From a bacterium (lineage in GTDB: Bacteria; Sysuimicrobiota; Sysuimicrobiia; Sysuimicrobiales; Humicultoraceae), in the NCBI GenBank assembly GCA_041497675.1, contig JBGQGY010000044.1, forward strand, positions 1-24,180: a DNA stretch of 24,180 bases, read 5' to 3'. The notes under the pieces are model-generated. The model searched no databases and was not told the DNA's origin. It saw nothing but the letters and a program-made list of their open reading frames with translations. Position numbers and translations under genes: made by a program. Shown here one piece after another: positions 9,222 to 16,834 of the stretch (its first letter is position 1; each line of letters opens with the position of its first letter).

Positions 9222-9336
9222 GTGTCGTGTCTCCCCTCATCCAAAGCAAATGAATTGTCGGGATCAGGTGCAGGAACTGTGGGAGGATTCAGGGGGTGAC
9301 CGGGAGCCCAACACTGTACGTGCGCGCCCCCGCGGG

Positions 9337-9369
9337 AAGCGAAAACGCCTCCCACGCGGGAAGGCGCTC
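9337..9369 (-). terminator. Riboswitch expression-platform terminator
   Basis: Minus strand AGCGCCTTCC-CGCGT-GGGAGGCGTT followed by TTCGCTT, directly 3' of the aptamer. Confidence 0.7.
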
Positions 9370-9377
9370 TACCCTCC

Positions 9378-9465
9378 CCGTTCGGCAGCCCGGCTGACTG
9401 GATTGCTCCAGTCCCGCGGCTTTGCGTCCCGCCCTCGCGAGCGGTCTGCCTTTATCGCGGCGAAT
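9378..9465 (-). promoter_or_regulatory. c-di-GMP-I (GEMM-I) riboswitch aptamer
   Basis: Minus strand AAAGGCAGACCGCTC-GCGA-GGGCGGGACGCAAAGCCGCGGGACTGGA-GCAA-TCCAGTCAGCCGGGCTGCCGAA. It has the GGCAnACC, GNRA-capped P2, GGGACGCAAAGCC junction and CAGCCGGGCTGCCGA 3' signature of this class. Confidence 0.9.
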
Positions 9466-9562
9466 AACTATTCAGCGTCCTTGTACACGCCTCGCGTTGC
9501 TGGTTTCGCCGCGCCACCGGGAACTCCTCCCGATGGGCGGCCAACCGCCCATTTTGTGCGGC

Positions 9563-10135
9563 CTACTTGGTGAAGTTCTTGTTGACGAAGTCCTTTTGGT
9601 CGACCTGCTGACCCCGCTCGTTGTCCCAAACGGCAACCCCCGCCTGCCGAATGAACACGTTGTACGCCTCCGTGCGTTCGCTATCCGACCGCGCCGCCTG
9701 AAACGCCTTCGCGAAGGTCGCCAGCGCCGACACACGCGAGTGGAAGATGATCGAGTACTTCGTCCAGAGCTGGCTGACCGACAGCAACGTCCTGGCATCC
9801 TCCTGATTGAGCACCTCGAACATCGCGCCCCACATCGTGAAGGTCTGCTCAAGCACCTTGTCGCGGCCGGGCTGCGAGTAGTTCGCCGCGGTTTCCGTCC
9901 ACCACTGGGGATCGCCGTCGCTCGTCCGTTTTAACTCGAGCTCGAGCACCCGGAGGTTCTTGGCCTCGAGTCCCCGACGGATCTGCGCGAGCCTGGGATC
10001 GACCGCAGGTTGCGCCGGCGTGCCCGGCTGCGTGGGGGGAAACGGGAACGCCTGGCCGGCCCGTGCAAGGGTGGTTAGGATCGCCACCAGGATCATCGTC
10101 AGGCAGAGCGTCGTCGCGTATCGGCGTGGCGTCAC
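9563..10135 (-). CDS. Hypothetical secreted protein, 190 aa (paralog 2)
   Basis: GTG start; signal peptide ending ARA; gap-free paralog of 10141..10713. Confidence 0.85.
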   Translation of the reverse strand: MTPRRYATTLCLTMILVAILTTLARAGQAFPFPPTQPGTPAQPAVDPRLAQIRRGLEAKNLRVLELELKRTSDGDPQWWTETAANYSQPGRDKVLEQTFTMWGAMFEVLNQEDARTLLSVSQLWTKYSIIFHSRVSALATFAKAFQAARSDSERTEAYNVFIRQAGVAVWDNERGQQVDQKDFVNKNFTK

Positions 10136-10140
10136 GCTTG

Positions 10141-10713
10141 CTACCTCGTGAAGTTCTTGTTGATGAAGTCCTTCTGGTCAACTTGCTGACCCCGCTCGAC
10201 GTCAAACACCGCGAAGAGGGCCTGACCCAAGAGCGTGCTGACCGCCTGCCCCCGTTCGGCGTCTGATCGCGCCGCCTGATACGCCTGCACGAAGGCCGTG
10301 AGCTCCGACAGACGCGCGTGGAAGATGATCTTGTACTTTGTCCAGAGCTGACTGCCCGACAAGTAGGTCCTGCCGTCTTCCTGTTTGAGGGACTCATACA
10401 TCGCGGCCCAGATGAAAAAGGCCTGATCGATGACTTTGTCGCCGGTAGGCTGCGCGTACCTCGCCGCCGTTTCCGTCCACCACTGGGGATCCCCAGCGGA
10501 CGTCCGCCGCGACTCGACCTCGAGCACCCGGAAACCCTTTGCCTCAAGCCACTGTCGGATCTGCGCCAGCCGCGGATCGACCGCGGGTTGCGCCGGCGTG
10601 CTCGGCTGCGTCGGGGGAAACGGGAACGCCTGGCCGGCGCGTGCAACGGTGGTCACGACGGCCAGCAGGATCATCGTCAGGCAGAGCGTCATCGCGTATC
10701 GGCGTACCGTCAC
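10141..10713 (-). CDS. Hypothetical secreted protein, 190 aa (paralog 1)
   Basis: GTG at 10713 with SD GAGGAGGT; same length (573 nt) as the downstream paralog; about 71% amino-acid identity by hand count. Confidence 0.85.
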   Translation of the reverse strand: MTVRRYAMTLCLTMILLAVVTTVARAGQAFPFPPTQPSTPAQPAVDPRLAQIRQWLEAKGFRVLEVESRRTSAGDPQWWTETAARYAQPTGDKVIDQAFFIWAAMYESLKQEDGRTYLSGSQLWTKYKIIFHARLSELTAFVQAYQAARSDAERGQAVSTLLGQALFAVFDVERGQQVDQKDFINKNFTR

Positions 10714-10817
10714 GGTTCCTACCTCCTCAAGATGGCGCGCGTATCGCGGGCCCAGCCACGCTTCCGTCGATTCTACCACGGCATTCTGCCCTCCTTCAGA
10801 CTCCGCGCGCGCGGTGC

Positions 10818-10850
10818 AAGACAGAAGGGGCCCCGGGCGGGGCCCCTCTG
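10818..10850 (-). terminator. Probable intrinsic terminator after the small secreted protein gene
   Basis: Minus strand AGGGGCCCC-GCCC-GGGGCCCCT followed by TCTGTCTT. Confidence 0.6.
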
Positions 10851-10876
10851 CGATGAGTATGGATGAGTTGGTGGAT

Positions 10877-11200
10877 TTACTGCCGTTCGGCCATGCAGTT
10901 GTACGAACCGGGCCTCGCACCGTTGAGCATCCTGGCCGCCCCGTAGCAATCGGCCTCCAGGCGGAACGGACCCAGCACCCGCTGCGTGCCTTCCACGCGC
11001 ACGACCCAACCGCGATAGCCTTCGACATCGATGTTCTTCTCGCCACCCGTCGTCGACACTGCGACGACGACCGGGGCCTGCGGCGTCGGTTCGTGGCACC
11101 TCTCATACGCACTCGCCACACCGACAATGACCAGCATCATGAACACCGCCACGAGCACGGGCGCGGCCGCCCCCAATCTCGCCAGCATCTTCATCCCCAT
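10877..11200 (-). CDS. Small secreted protein (107 aa, 3 Cys)
   Basis: SD AAAGGAG upstream of ATG 11200; signal peptide ending VASA; downstream terminator. Confidence 0.65.
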   Translation of the reverse strand: MGMKMLARLGAAAPVLVAVFMMLVIVGVASAYERCHEPTPQAPVVVAVSTTGGEKNIDVEGYRGWVVRVEGTQRVLGPFRLEADCYGAARMLNGARPGSYNCMAERQ

Positions 11201-11441
11201 CGCTCCTTTCAAGTATGTCCGGCAGTGGTGCGAAAAACGTGTGCTGACCGAAGTGACGAGCTCTCTCACCTCCCGGGCAAAACTTTGCTCTTTAGACGAT
11301 GCGAGTCTCTTGCTGTGTACTCAAATCTACTGGAGGGCCACTCGAGCGGCTATCCTCCGACTGGAGGACATTTGGTCGATCGAACAGGTGAGCGAGCGGA
11401 GATACCTCTGGCGAATTGCGGCTAATATGACGCGGGTGTTC

Positions 11442-13988
11442 TCACGGTCTTCCGGGTCTCTTCACGGGCGGCGTCTTCCCGTGCGCCAGCCGGTCTTCAA
11501 TGCGCTTGATCGCGGCCATCATGTCGATAGACTGCTTCAGCACCGGGAGGAGCGGATCGCGCAACCTCTTGAACCGCGCCGGGAGCGTCTTGATCGTAAA
11601 CGTCGCGGGGTCGAGCGCGGGCGTGATTTCTTCCCACCGTAACGGGCACGACACGGAGGCCCCAGGCACCGGTCTGACGGAAAAGGGCGACACGATCGTG
11701 CGCCCGTGACCGTTTTGGACGTAGTCCACGTAGACCTTGCCCTCACGCGACTGGATCGGCCGCGACAGGGTCGCGACCTCCGGAGCCCCTTCGAGCGCCA
11801 GCATCGCGAGTAGGCGAGCGAACGTGCGCGCGTCCTCGTACGTGTAGGCCGCCCCCAACGGGATCAGGATGTGCAGACCCGTGGCACCCGATGTCTTCAC
11901 GTATGAGGGGAGGCGGATCTCTCCAAGCAGGCGGTGGAGTTCGCGCGCCACGGTGACCACGTCGGTGAACGGCGCGCCCTTGGGATCGAGATCGAGCACC
12001 AGCCAGTCGGGACGATCCTGCGAGTCCAGACGCGACGCCCAGATGTGGAGGGGGATGGTCCCGAGGTTGATCACGTACCGCAGCGTGTCCGCATCGTCGA
12101 CGACAAAGTAGTTGATCTCCCGATCGGCATCCTTCGAATAGATGCGCTCGGTTCGCACCCAGGCGGGGACGAAGTCCGGGGCGTCCTTCTGGAATAAGGA
12201 CTTGCCGTCAATCCCGTCCGGATAGCGGGTGAGCACGAGCGGTCGACCCGCAAGGTAGGGGAGGAGGAGAGATGCTACGGAATCGTAGTATGCGATCAGG
12301 TCGCCCTTTGTGTACCCTTCCGCCGGCCAGAAGACCTTGTCGGGATTGGTGATGCGAACCTGTGGCCGCTCGGCGGTGGGCGGCGCCGCGGCGGGCGCCG
12401 GAGCCTCGATGTGCACCGCGGTCTCCCGCCGGCACTCTTCGGCCCGCTTGTCATCGCGCAGCCCCAGAAACGTCGGATGCCGGATCCCGCCCTCGTCGGT
12501 CCACTCGGTGAAACGCACCTCGCAGACCAGCTTGGGGTCCACCCAGTGGTGCCCGCGGCCGGCCGGCCCCCCGGCGTCGAACGGCGAGGTCTCTCGCTGC
12601 AGCGGCTGCAGCCGGTCCCAGGTGCGCTTCAGCAGCGCCTGATCGAATCCGGTGCCGACCTTTGACGCGTAGACCAGACGCGACCCGTCATACAGCCCGA
12701 TATGCAGCGCGCCAAAGTATCCACGAGACCCCTGGGGATCGGTGTAGCCGCCGATCACGAACTCCTGGCGGCGCTGGCACTTCAGCTTGATCCAGTCGCG
12801 CGAGCGACCACCGGCGTAGGCGCTGCGAACCCTCTTGGCCACGATCCCTTCCAGATGTTGTTCGTCCGCCGCCTCAAAGAAGGCCTCACCGTGCTCCAGG
12901 ACGTGGTCGCCGTAGTGGATCTGTCCCAGAGGCGGCACGAACATCTGCAGGCACGTCTTCCGGTCGACGAGCGGCAGCCGCCGCAGATCGTACCCCTCCA
13001 GCGCCAGACAGTCGAAGACAATGCAGGTCACGGGTACCTGCGCCATCGCCTGTCGGACGTCGCCGGGCTTGGTCAACCCCATCCGGGCCTGGAGGCGCTG
13101 GAAGCTGGGCGTACCGGTCTCATCGAGCGCCACGATCTCGCCGTCGATGACGAAGTGTTCGACCGGCAGGGCCTGCAGGGCTGCGGTGACTTCCGGATAG
13201 CGCGTCGTGATCGCCTGCCCGCTCCGCCCATAGAGGGTGACGACGTCCCCGCGCCGCGACGCCAGGACACGCACCCCATCATACTTGACCTCGAAGAGCC
13301 AATCGCTGCCCGAGAACGGAGTCTTCTCGAGAGCGGCCATCATGATCGGTTGGGTGCGCGCGTCGACCTCGCGCTTCGTCGCGCCCAGCGCCTGCACGCG
13401 CTCGCGGATCGCGGCCCGCTTGGCCGGGATGTCTCTGATCTCTTCGACCGTGAGTCCGGAGATGACCGATTGCGGATACCGCTCGGTGGCTTCGACCTCG
13501 GCGGCAGCCGCATCCGCCTTCTTGAGCAGCAACCAATCCTTCTCGCTCCTCGACATCCGCACGAGCGTCCAGCGGCCGCGCATCTTGTAGCCGAAGACCT
13601 CGAGTTCCAGTTTGCCCCGCGCCAGGTGGTCGAGCGGGTCGCCGTCTTTGACGATCCGGTACCAGCCGCGGTCCCACACGATCACCGATCCGGCCCCGTA
13701 GTTTCCGGCCGGGATGACGCCTTCGAAATCCGCATACTCAACCGGGTGATCCTCGACGTGGACCGCCAGCCGCTTCTCTTCGGACCGCACCGAGGGACCG
13801 TTGGGCACGGCCCAGGACTTCAGCACGCCGTCCATCTCCAACCGCAGGTCGTAGTGGAGACGGCGCGCCCAGTGCTTTTGAACAGTGAAGCGAGGGAGCC
13901 CGGCCGCGGGTCGCCCACCGAACGGCTCCGGCGTCCGCTCGGGATCGCGCTTGCGCCGGTAGGCTTCCAGGGAGTCGGGTCGGCTCAT
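11442..13988 (-). CDS. ligD: NHEJ DNA ligase D (phosphoesterase-ligase-polymerase order)
   Basis: PE domain: YRRKRD..TPEP, VQKHWARRLHYDLRLE, EDHPVEY. Ligase: EVKYDG, DGE, EGIVAK, WIKLK, VGTGF. Polymerase: ITNPDKVFWP, RYPDG, DLDP, SGATGLH. Start taken at MSRPD (13988). Confidence 0.97.
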   Translation of the reverse strand: MSRPDSLEAYRRKRDPERTPEPFGGRPAAGLPRFTVQKHWARRLHYDLRLEMDGVLKSWAVPNGPSVRSEEKRLAVHVEDHPVEYADFEGVIPAGNYGAGSVIVWDRGWYRIVKDGDPLDHLARGKLELEVFGYKMRGRWTLVRMSRSEKDWLLLKKADAAAAEVEATERYPQSVISGLTVEEIRDIPAKRAAIRERVQALGATKREVDARTQPIMMAALEKTPFSGSDWLFEVKYDGVRVLASRRGDVVTLYGRSGQAITTRYPEVTAALQALPVEHFVIDGEIVALDETGTPSFQRLQARMGLTKPGDVRQAMAQVPVTCIVFDCLALEGYDLRRLPLVDRKTCLQMFVPPLGQIHYGDHVLEHGEAFFEAADEQHLEGIVAKRVRSAYAGGRSRDWIKLKCQRRQEFVIGGYTDPQGSRGYFGALHIGLYDGSRLVYASKVGTGFDQALLKRTWDRLQPLQRETSPFDAGGPAGRGHHWVDPKLVCEVRFTEWTDEGGIRHPTFLGLRDDKRAEECRRETAVHIEAPAPAAAPPTAERPQVRITNPDKVFWPAEGYTKGDLIAYYDSVASLLLPYLAGRPLVLTRYPDGIDGKSLFQKDAPDFVPAWVRTERIYSKDADREINYFVVDDADTLRYVINLGTIPLHIWASRLDSQDRPDWLVLDLDPKGAPFTDVVTVARELHRLLGEIRLPSYVKTSGATGLHILIPLGAAYTYEDARTFARLLAMLALEGAPEVATLSRPIQSREGKVYVDYVQNGHGRTIVSPFSVRPVPGASVSCPLRWEEITPALDPATFTIKTLPARFKRLRDPLLPVLKQSIDMMAAIKRIEDRLAHGKTPPVKRPGRP

Positions 13989-13997
13989 CGGAACACC

Positions 13998-14026
13998 TTG
14001 AGGCATTCCGGGGTTCGTGGTATGGT
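13998..14026 (+). promoter_or_regulatory. Sigma70-type promoter for ku
   Basis: TTGAGG-17 bp-TATGGT with an extended -10 TG. Confidence 0.5.
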
Positions 14027-14044
14027 TCAAATCACCTTCAAATC
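14026..14044. repeat. 8-bp direct repeat TTCAAATC x2, 11-bp period, in the ligD/ku intergenic region
   Basis: TTCAAATC at 14026-14033 and 14037-14044. Confidence 0.6.
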
Positions 14045-14064
14045 GACCCTGGGGGGACCGGACG

Positions 14065-14928
14065 ATGCCTTCGCACTCGCTCGGCTCGGGCACCATCTCA
14101 TTCGGCCTGGTATCCATCCCCGTGAGAATGTACTCGGCCGCACAATCGGCGAACGTGCGCTTCAACATGCTGCACAAGAAGTGCGGCAATCGCGTGAAGC
14201 AGCAGTACTACTGCCCGGTCGACAATGAGGTCGTCGAGCGCTCGGACATCACGAAGGGCTATGAGCACGCGAAGGACCAATACGTGCAGGTGACCGATGA
14301 AGAGCTGAAAGCCTTCGAAGGCGAAGCCTCGCAGGTGATCGACATCGCGGAATTCGTCCCACTCCCGAAAGTCGATCCGATCTTCTTCGAGAACACCTAC
14401 TATCTCGGTCCGGAGAAGAGCGGCGAGAAAGCGTACCGCCTGCTGGCCGATGCCATGGCGAAGACGAGCCGCGTCGCATTGGCCAAGTTCGTGATGCGCG
14501 GCAAGGAGAGCCTGGTGCTCATCCGGCCGGCCCAGGGCGGGCTGATGCTGCACACGATGTACTTTGCCGACGAGCTACGTGACTTCGGCGAGATCGACAA
14601 GGGTGAGGATGCGAAGATCAAGGCCGGCGAACTGGAACTGGCGACGCGGCTGATCGACGAACTCTCCAGCCAAGAGTTCAAACCCGAACAGTATAAAGAT
14701 GACTACCGGCTGCGCGTCCTCGACATGCTCAACATGAAGATCGAGGGCAAAGAAGTCACCGCGGTCGGGCCACAGGTCCAGCGTGCCCAGGTCATCGACA
14801 TCATGGACGCGCTGAAGAAGAGCCTCGAGAAGCGCGCGTCTGCCGAGAAGAAACCGGCCGTCAAAGCCCGCGGGCCGCAAGGCGCATCCGCCAGACCGGA
14901 GAAGAGGGCTCAGGCCGGGAGGAGATGA
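14065..14928 (+). CDS. ku: NHEJ DNA end-binding protein Ku
   Basis: GTISFGLVSIPVRMY, VERSDITKGYE, IDIAEFVP..VDPIFFENTYYL, VIDIMDALKKSL, basic C-terminal tail. Start taken at MPSH (14065). Confidence 0.97.
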   Translation: MPSHSLGSGTISFGLVSIPVRMYSAAQSANVRFNMLHKKCGNRVKQQYYCPVDNEVVERSDITKGYEHAKDQYVQVTDEELKAFEGEASQVIDIAEFVPLPKVDPIFFENTYYLGPEKSGEKAYRLLADAMAKTSRVALAKFVMRGKESLVLIRPAQGGLMLHTMYFADELRDFGEIDKGEDAKIKAGELELATRLIDELSSQEFKPEQYKDDYRLRVLDMLNMKIEGKEVTAVGPQVQRAQVIDIMDALKKSLEKRASAEKKPAVKARGPQGASARPEKRAQAGRR

Positions 14929-15758
14929 CCACCTTCACCACCGGTGAGGTGGCGAAGATCCTCGATTTGACAGAAGCACGGATTCGCGCTTGTGTCCGCT
15001 CCGGATTGATCAGCCCCCGAAAGGGGGCGGGGCGCCAACTGTTGTTCGAGTTTCAGGATCTGTTGCTCCTCAAGACGACGAAGGACCTCCTCGACGCCCG
15101 GGTCCCGGTCAAGCAGATTCGGCGGATGCTCGCGTCCTTACGCCGGCAGCTGCCGGACGACCAGCATCTCTCGACCATTACCATCTACGCAGACGGCCGC
15201 CGCGTCGTCGCCTGGGACGGCCAAGCGCGGTGGCAGCCGGATTCGGGCCAGTTTCTCTTCAACTTCGACGCGCAGGACGTCGCCGAACGAGTCCCGGTGC
15301 CCGTGTCGGCGAGACGGGCCGGCAAACCGTCGATGACCGGTGAAGAGTGGTTCAACCTGGCCTCGGAGCTCGAGGCCACGTCGCCAGACGAGGCGCGCCG
15401 GGCCTACCAGCACGCGCTGGAACACGACCCCACGCTTGCCGACGCCCACGTCAACCTGGGCCGGCTGTTCCAGCAGGCACGCGAGTTTGCGACGGCCGAG
15501 GCGCACTACCGCGTAGCGGCCCAGCAGGCGCCGGACGATCCCGTTCCCTGGTTCAATCTCGGCGTCCTCCTGGACGAGGTCGGCCGCCGCCAGGAGGCCA
15601 TCCAGGCCTACCGGAAGGGCATCGAACGCGACCCGGACCTAGCCGACGCCCATTACAACCTGGGCCTGCTCTACGAGGCCATGGACCGCCGGAGCGAAGC
15701 CATCACGCATCTCCGCAGGGCCCGCGCGCTCTACGGCAGGCTCGCCAGCAAGAACTAG
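14925..15758 (+). CDS. MerR-like HTH + 4 TPR protein, translationally coupled to ku
   Basis: FTTGEVAKILDLTEARIR..GLISP..FEFQDL HTH-wing; TPRs with AHVNLG, WFNLG and AHYNLG; ATGA overlap with the ku stop. Confidence 0.9.
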   Translation: MTTFTTGEVAKILDLTEARIRACVRSGLISPRKGAGRQLLFEFQDLLLLKTTKDLLDARVPVKQIRRMLASLRRQLPDDQHLSTITIYADGRRVVAWDGQARWQPDSGQFLFNFDAQDVAERVPVPVSARRAGKPSMTGEEWFNLASELEATSPDEARRAYQHALEHDPTLADAHVNLGRLFQQAREFATAEAHYRVAAQQAPDDPVPWFNLGVLLDEVGRRQEAIQAYRKGIERDPDLADAHYNLGLLYEAMDRRSEAITHLRRARALYGRLASKN

Positions 15759-15829
15759 ATCCCCTAAGGAATTCCCGTCCCGATGGCGAAGTTCGTATGG
15801 GAAGGATCGCACCCCCGGGAGGCATGCGC

Positions 15830-16834
15830 ATGAGCGGACATGCCAGGCCACATCACTGGGTTTCCCTGCTAATCTTCATCTTCACCACCTCTGCCCTGGC
15901 CGTCACGTCCGCGGTCACACCATCCGCGGGCGCGCCCGCCACCGGCTTTCAGGAGTATGCCGTTCCCGCAGGCTCTCATCCTCACGACGTTGCGCCGGCG
16001 CGCGATGGCGGCGTCTGGTACGCGGCGCAGCCAACAGGCGAGCTTGGCCACCTCGATCCCAGGACCGGCGCCACCCGGCACATCAAGCTCGGTGACGGCG
16101 CAGCGCCCCACGGCGTCATCGTGGGGCCCGACGGCGCGCCCTGGCTGACCGATGGAGGGCTCAACGCGATCGTGCGTGTCGACCCCGCGACAAGCGAGGT
16201 GAAGCGTTTTCCGCTGCCCGCGTCGCGGCCTCGCGTCAACCTCAACACGGCCGTGTTCGACCGCCGGGACATCCACTGGTTCACCGGGCAGGGGGGCGTG
16301 TACGGCCGGCTGGATGTGTCCACCGGTCAGATGCAGGTGTTTGACGCCCCTCGAGGTCCGGGGCCCTACGGCATTGCGAGCACACCGGACGGCACGGTGT
16401 ACTACGCGTCTCTGGCCGGCAACTTCGTCGGCCGGATCGACGCGGCAACCGGCGCGACAACTGTGCTCGAGGCGCCCACTGCACGTCCGGGCCCGCGCCG
16501 GGTCTGGTCAGACTCGCATGGGCGCATCTGGGTCAGTGCGTGGAATACCGGCCAGCTTGGGATGTACGATCCCGCGGCCGGACGGTGGAAGGAGTGGCGC
16601 CTGCCGGGGGAGGCCCCCCGGGCCTACGCCGTCTACGTCGACAACCACGACATCGTGTGGATCACCGACTGGGGAGCAAACGCGCTGGTGCGTTTCGACC
16701 CGGCACGTGAGACGTTCGAAGCGTTCCGGATGCCGAGCGCCCGGTCGGACGTCCGCCAGATCCTCGGCCGGCCCGGTGAGGTCTGGCTGCCGGAGTCGGC
16801 GGTCGACAAGATCGCGGTATTCCGGACGCCGTGA
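15830..16834 (+). CDS. Exported Vgb-family (virginiamycin B lyase-like) beta-propeller protein
   Basis: SD GGAGG (15818-15822); signal peptide; repeated P-H/Y-G/D-V..DG-x-V-W blades. Confidence 0.85.
   Translation: MSGHARPHHWVSLLIFIFTTSALAVTSAVTPSAGAPATGFQEYAVPAGSHPHDVAPARDGGVWYAAQPTGELGHLDPRTGATRHIKLGDGAAPHGVIVGPDGAPWLTDGGLNAIVRVDPATSEVKRFPLPASRPRVNLNTAVFDRRDIHWFTGQGGVYGRLDVSTGQMQVFDAPRGPGPYGIASTPDGTVYYASLAGNFVGRIDAATGATTVLEAPTARPGPRRVWSDSHGRIWVSAWNTGQLGMYDPAAGRWKEWRLPGEAPRAYAVYVDNHDIVWITDWGANALVRFDPARETFEAFRMPSARSDVRQILGRPGEVWLPESAVDKIAVFRTP

Noticed and set aside
8166..9299. 377-aa plus-strand ORF (also 20236..21504 plus and 17844..18845 minus)
   Set aside because: Antisense shadows of well-supported genes.
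9378..9465. cGAMP-specific (GEMM-Ib) riboswitch
   Set aside because: The G20-equivalent position is G, not A, so c-di-GMP is preferred.
9563..10713. Diversity-generating retroelement TR/VR pair or CRISPR-like repeats
   Set aside because: It is a whole-gene duplication without evident adenine-specific differences, and there is no reverse transcriptase or spacer array.
10714..11127. 138-aa N-terminal extension of paralog 1, and the 10430..11425 plus-strand ORF
   Set aside because: The SD and the paralog alignment fix the start at 10713; the extension crosses a terminator and another gene.
11201..11441. Structured ncRNA in the intergenic region
   Set aside because: Only a 6-bp hairpin; I recognise no RNA family signature.
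13989..14189. N-terminal extension of LigD (915-aa ORF) and of Ku (from 14017)
   Set aside because: The extensions would overlap the opposite gene; family homology starts at MSRPD (13988) and MPSH (14065).
12702..14228. 508-aa plus-strand ORF
   Set aside because: Antisense shadow of ligD, expected in high-GC DNA; no motifs.
15347..15829. Long N-terminal extension of the Vgb-like ORF
   Set aside because: Out-of-frame overlap with the TPR gene, low complexity; SD and signal peptide support 15830.
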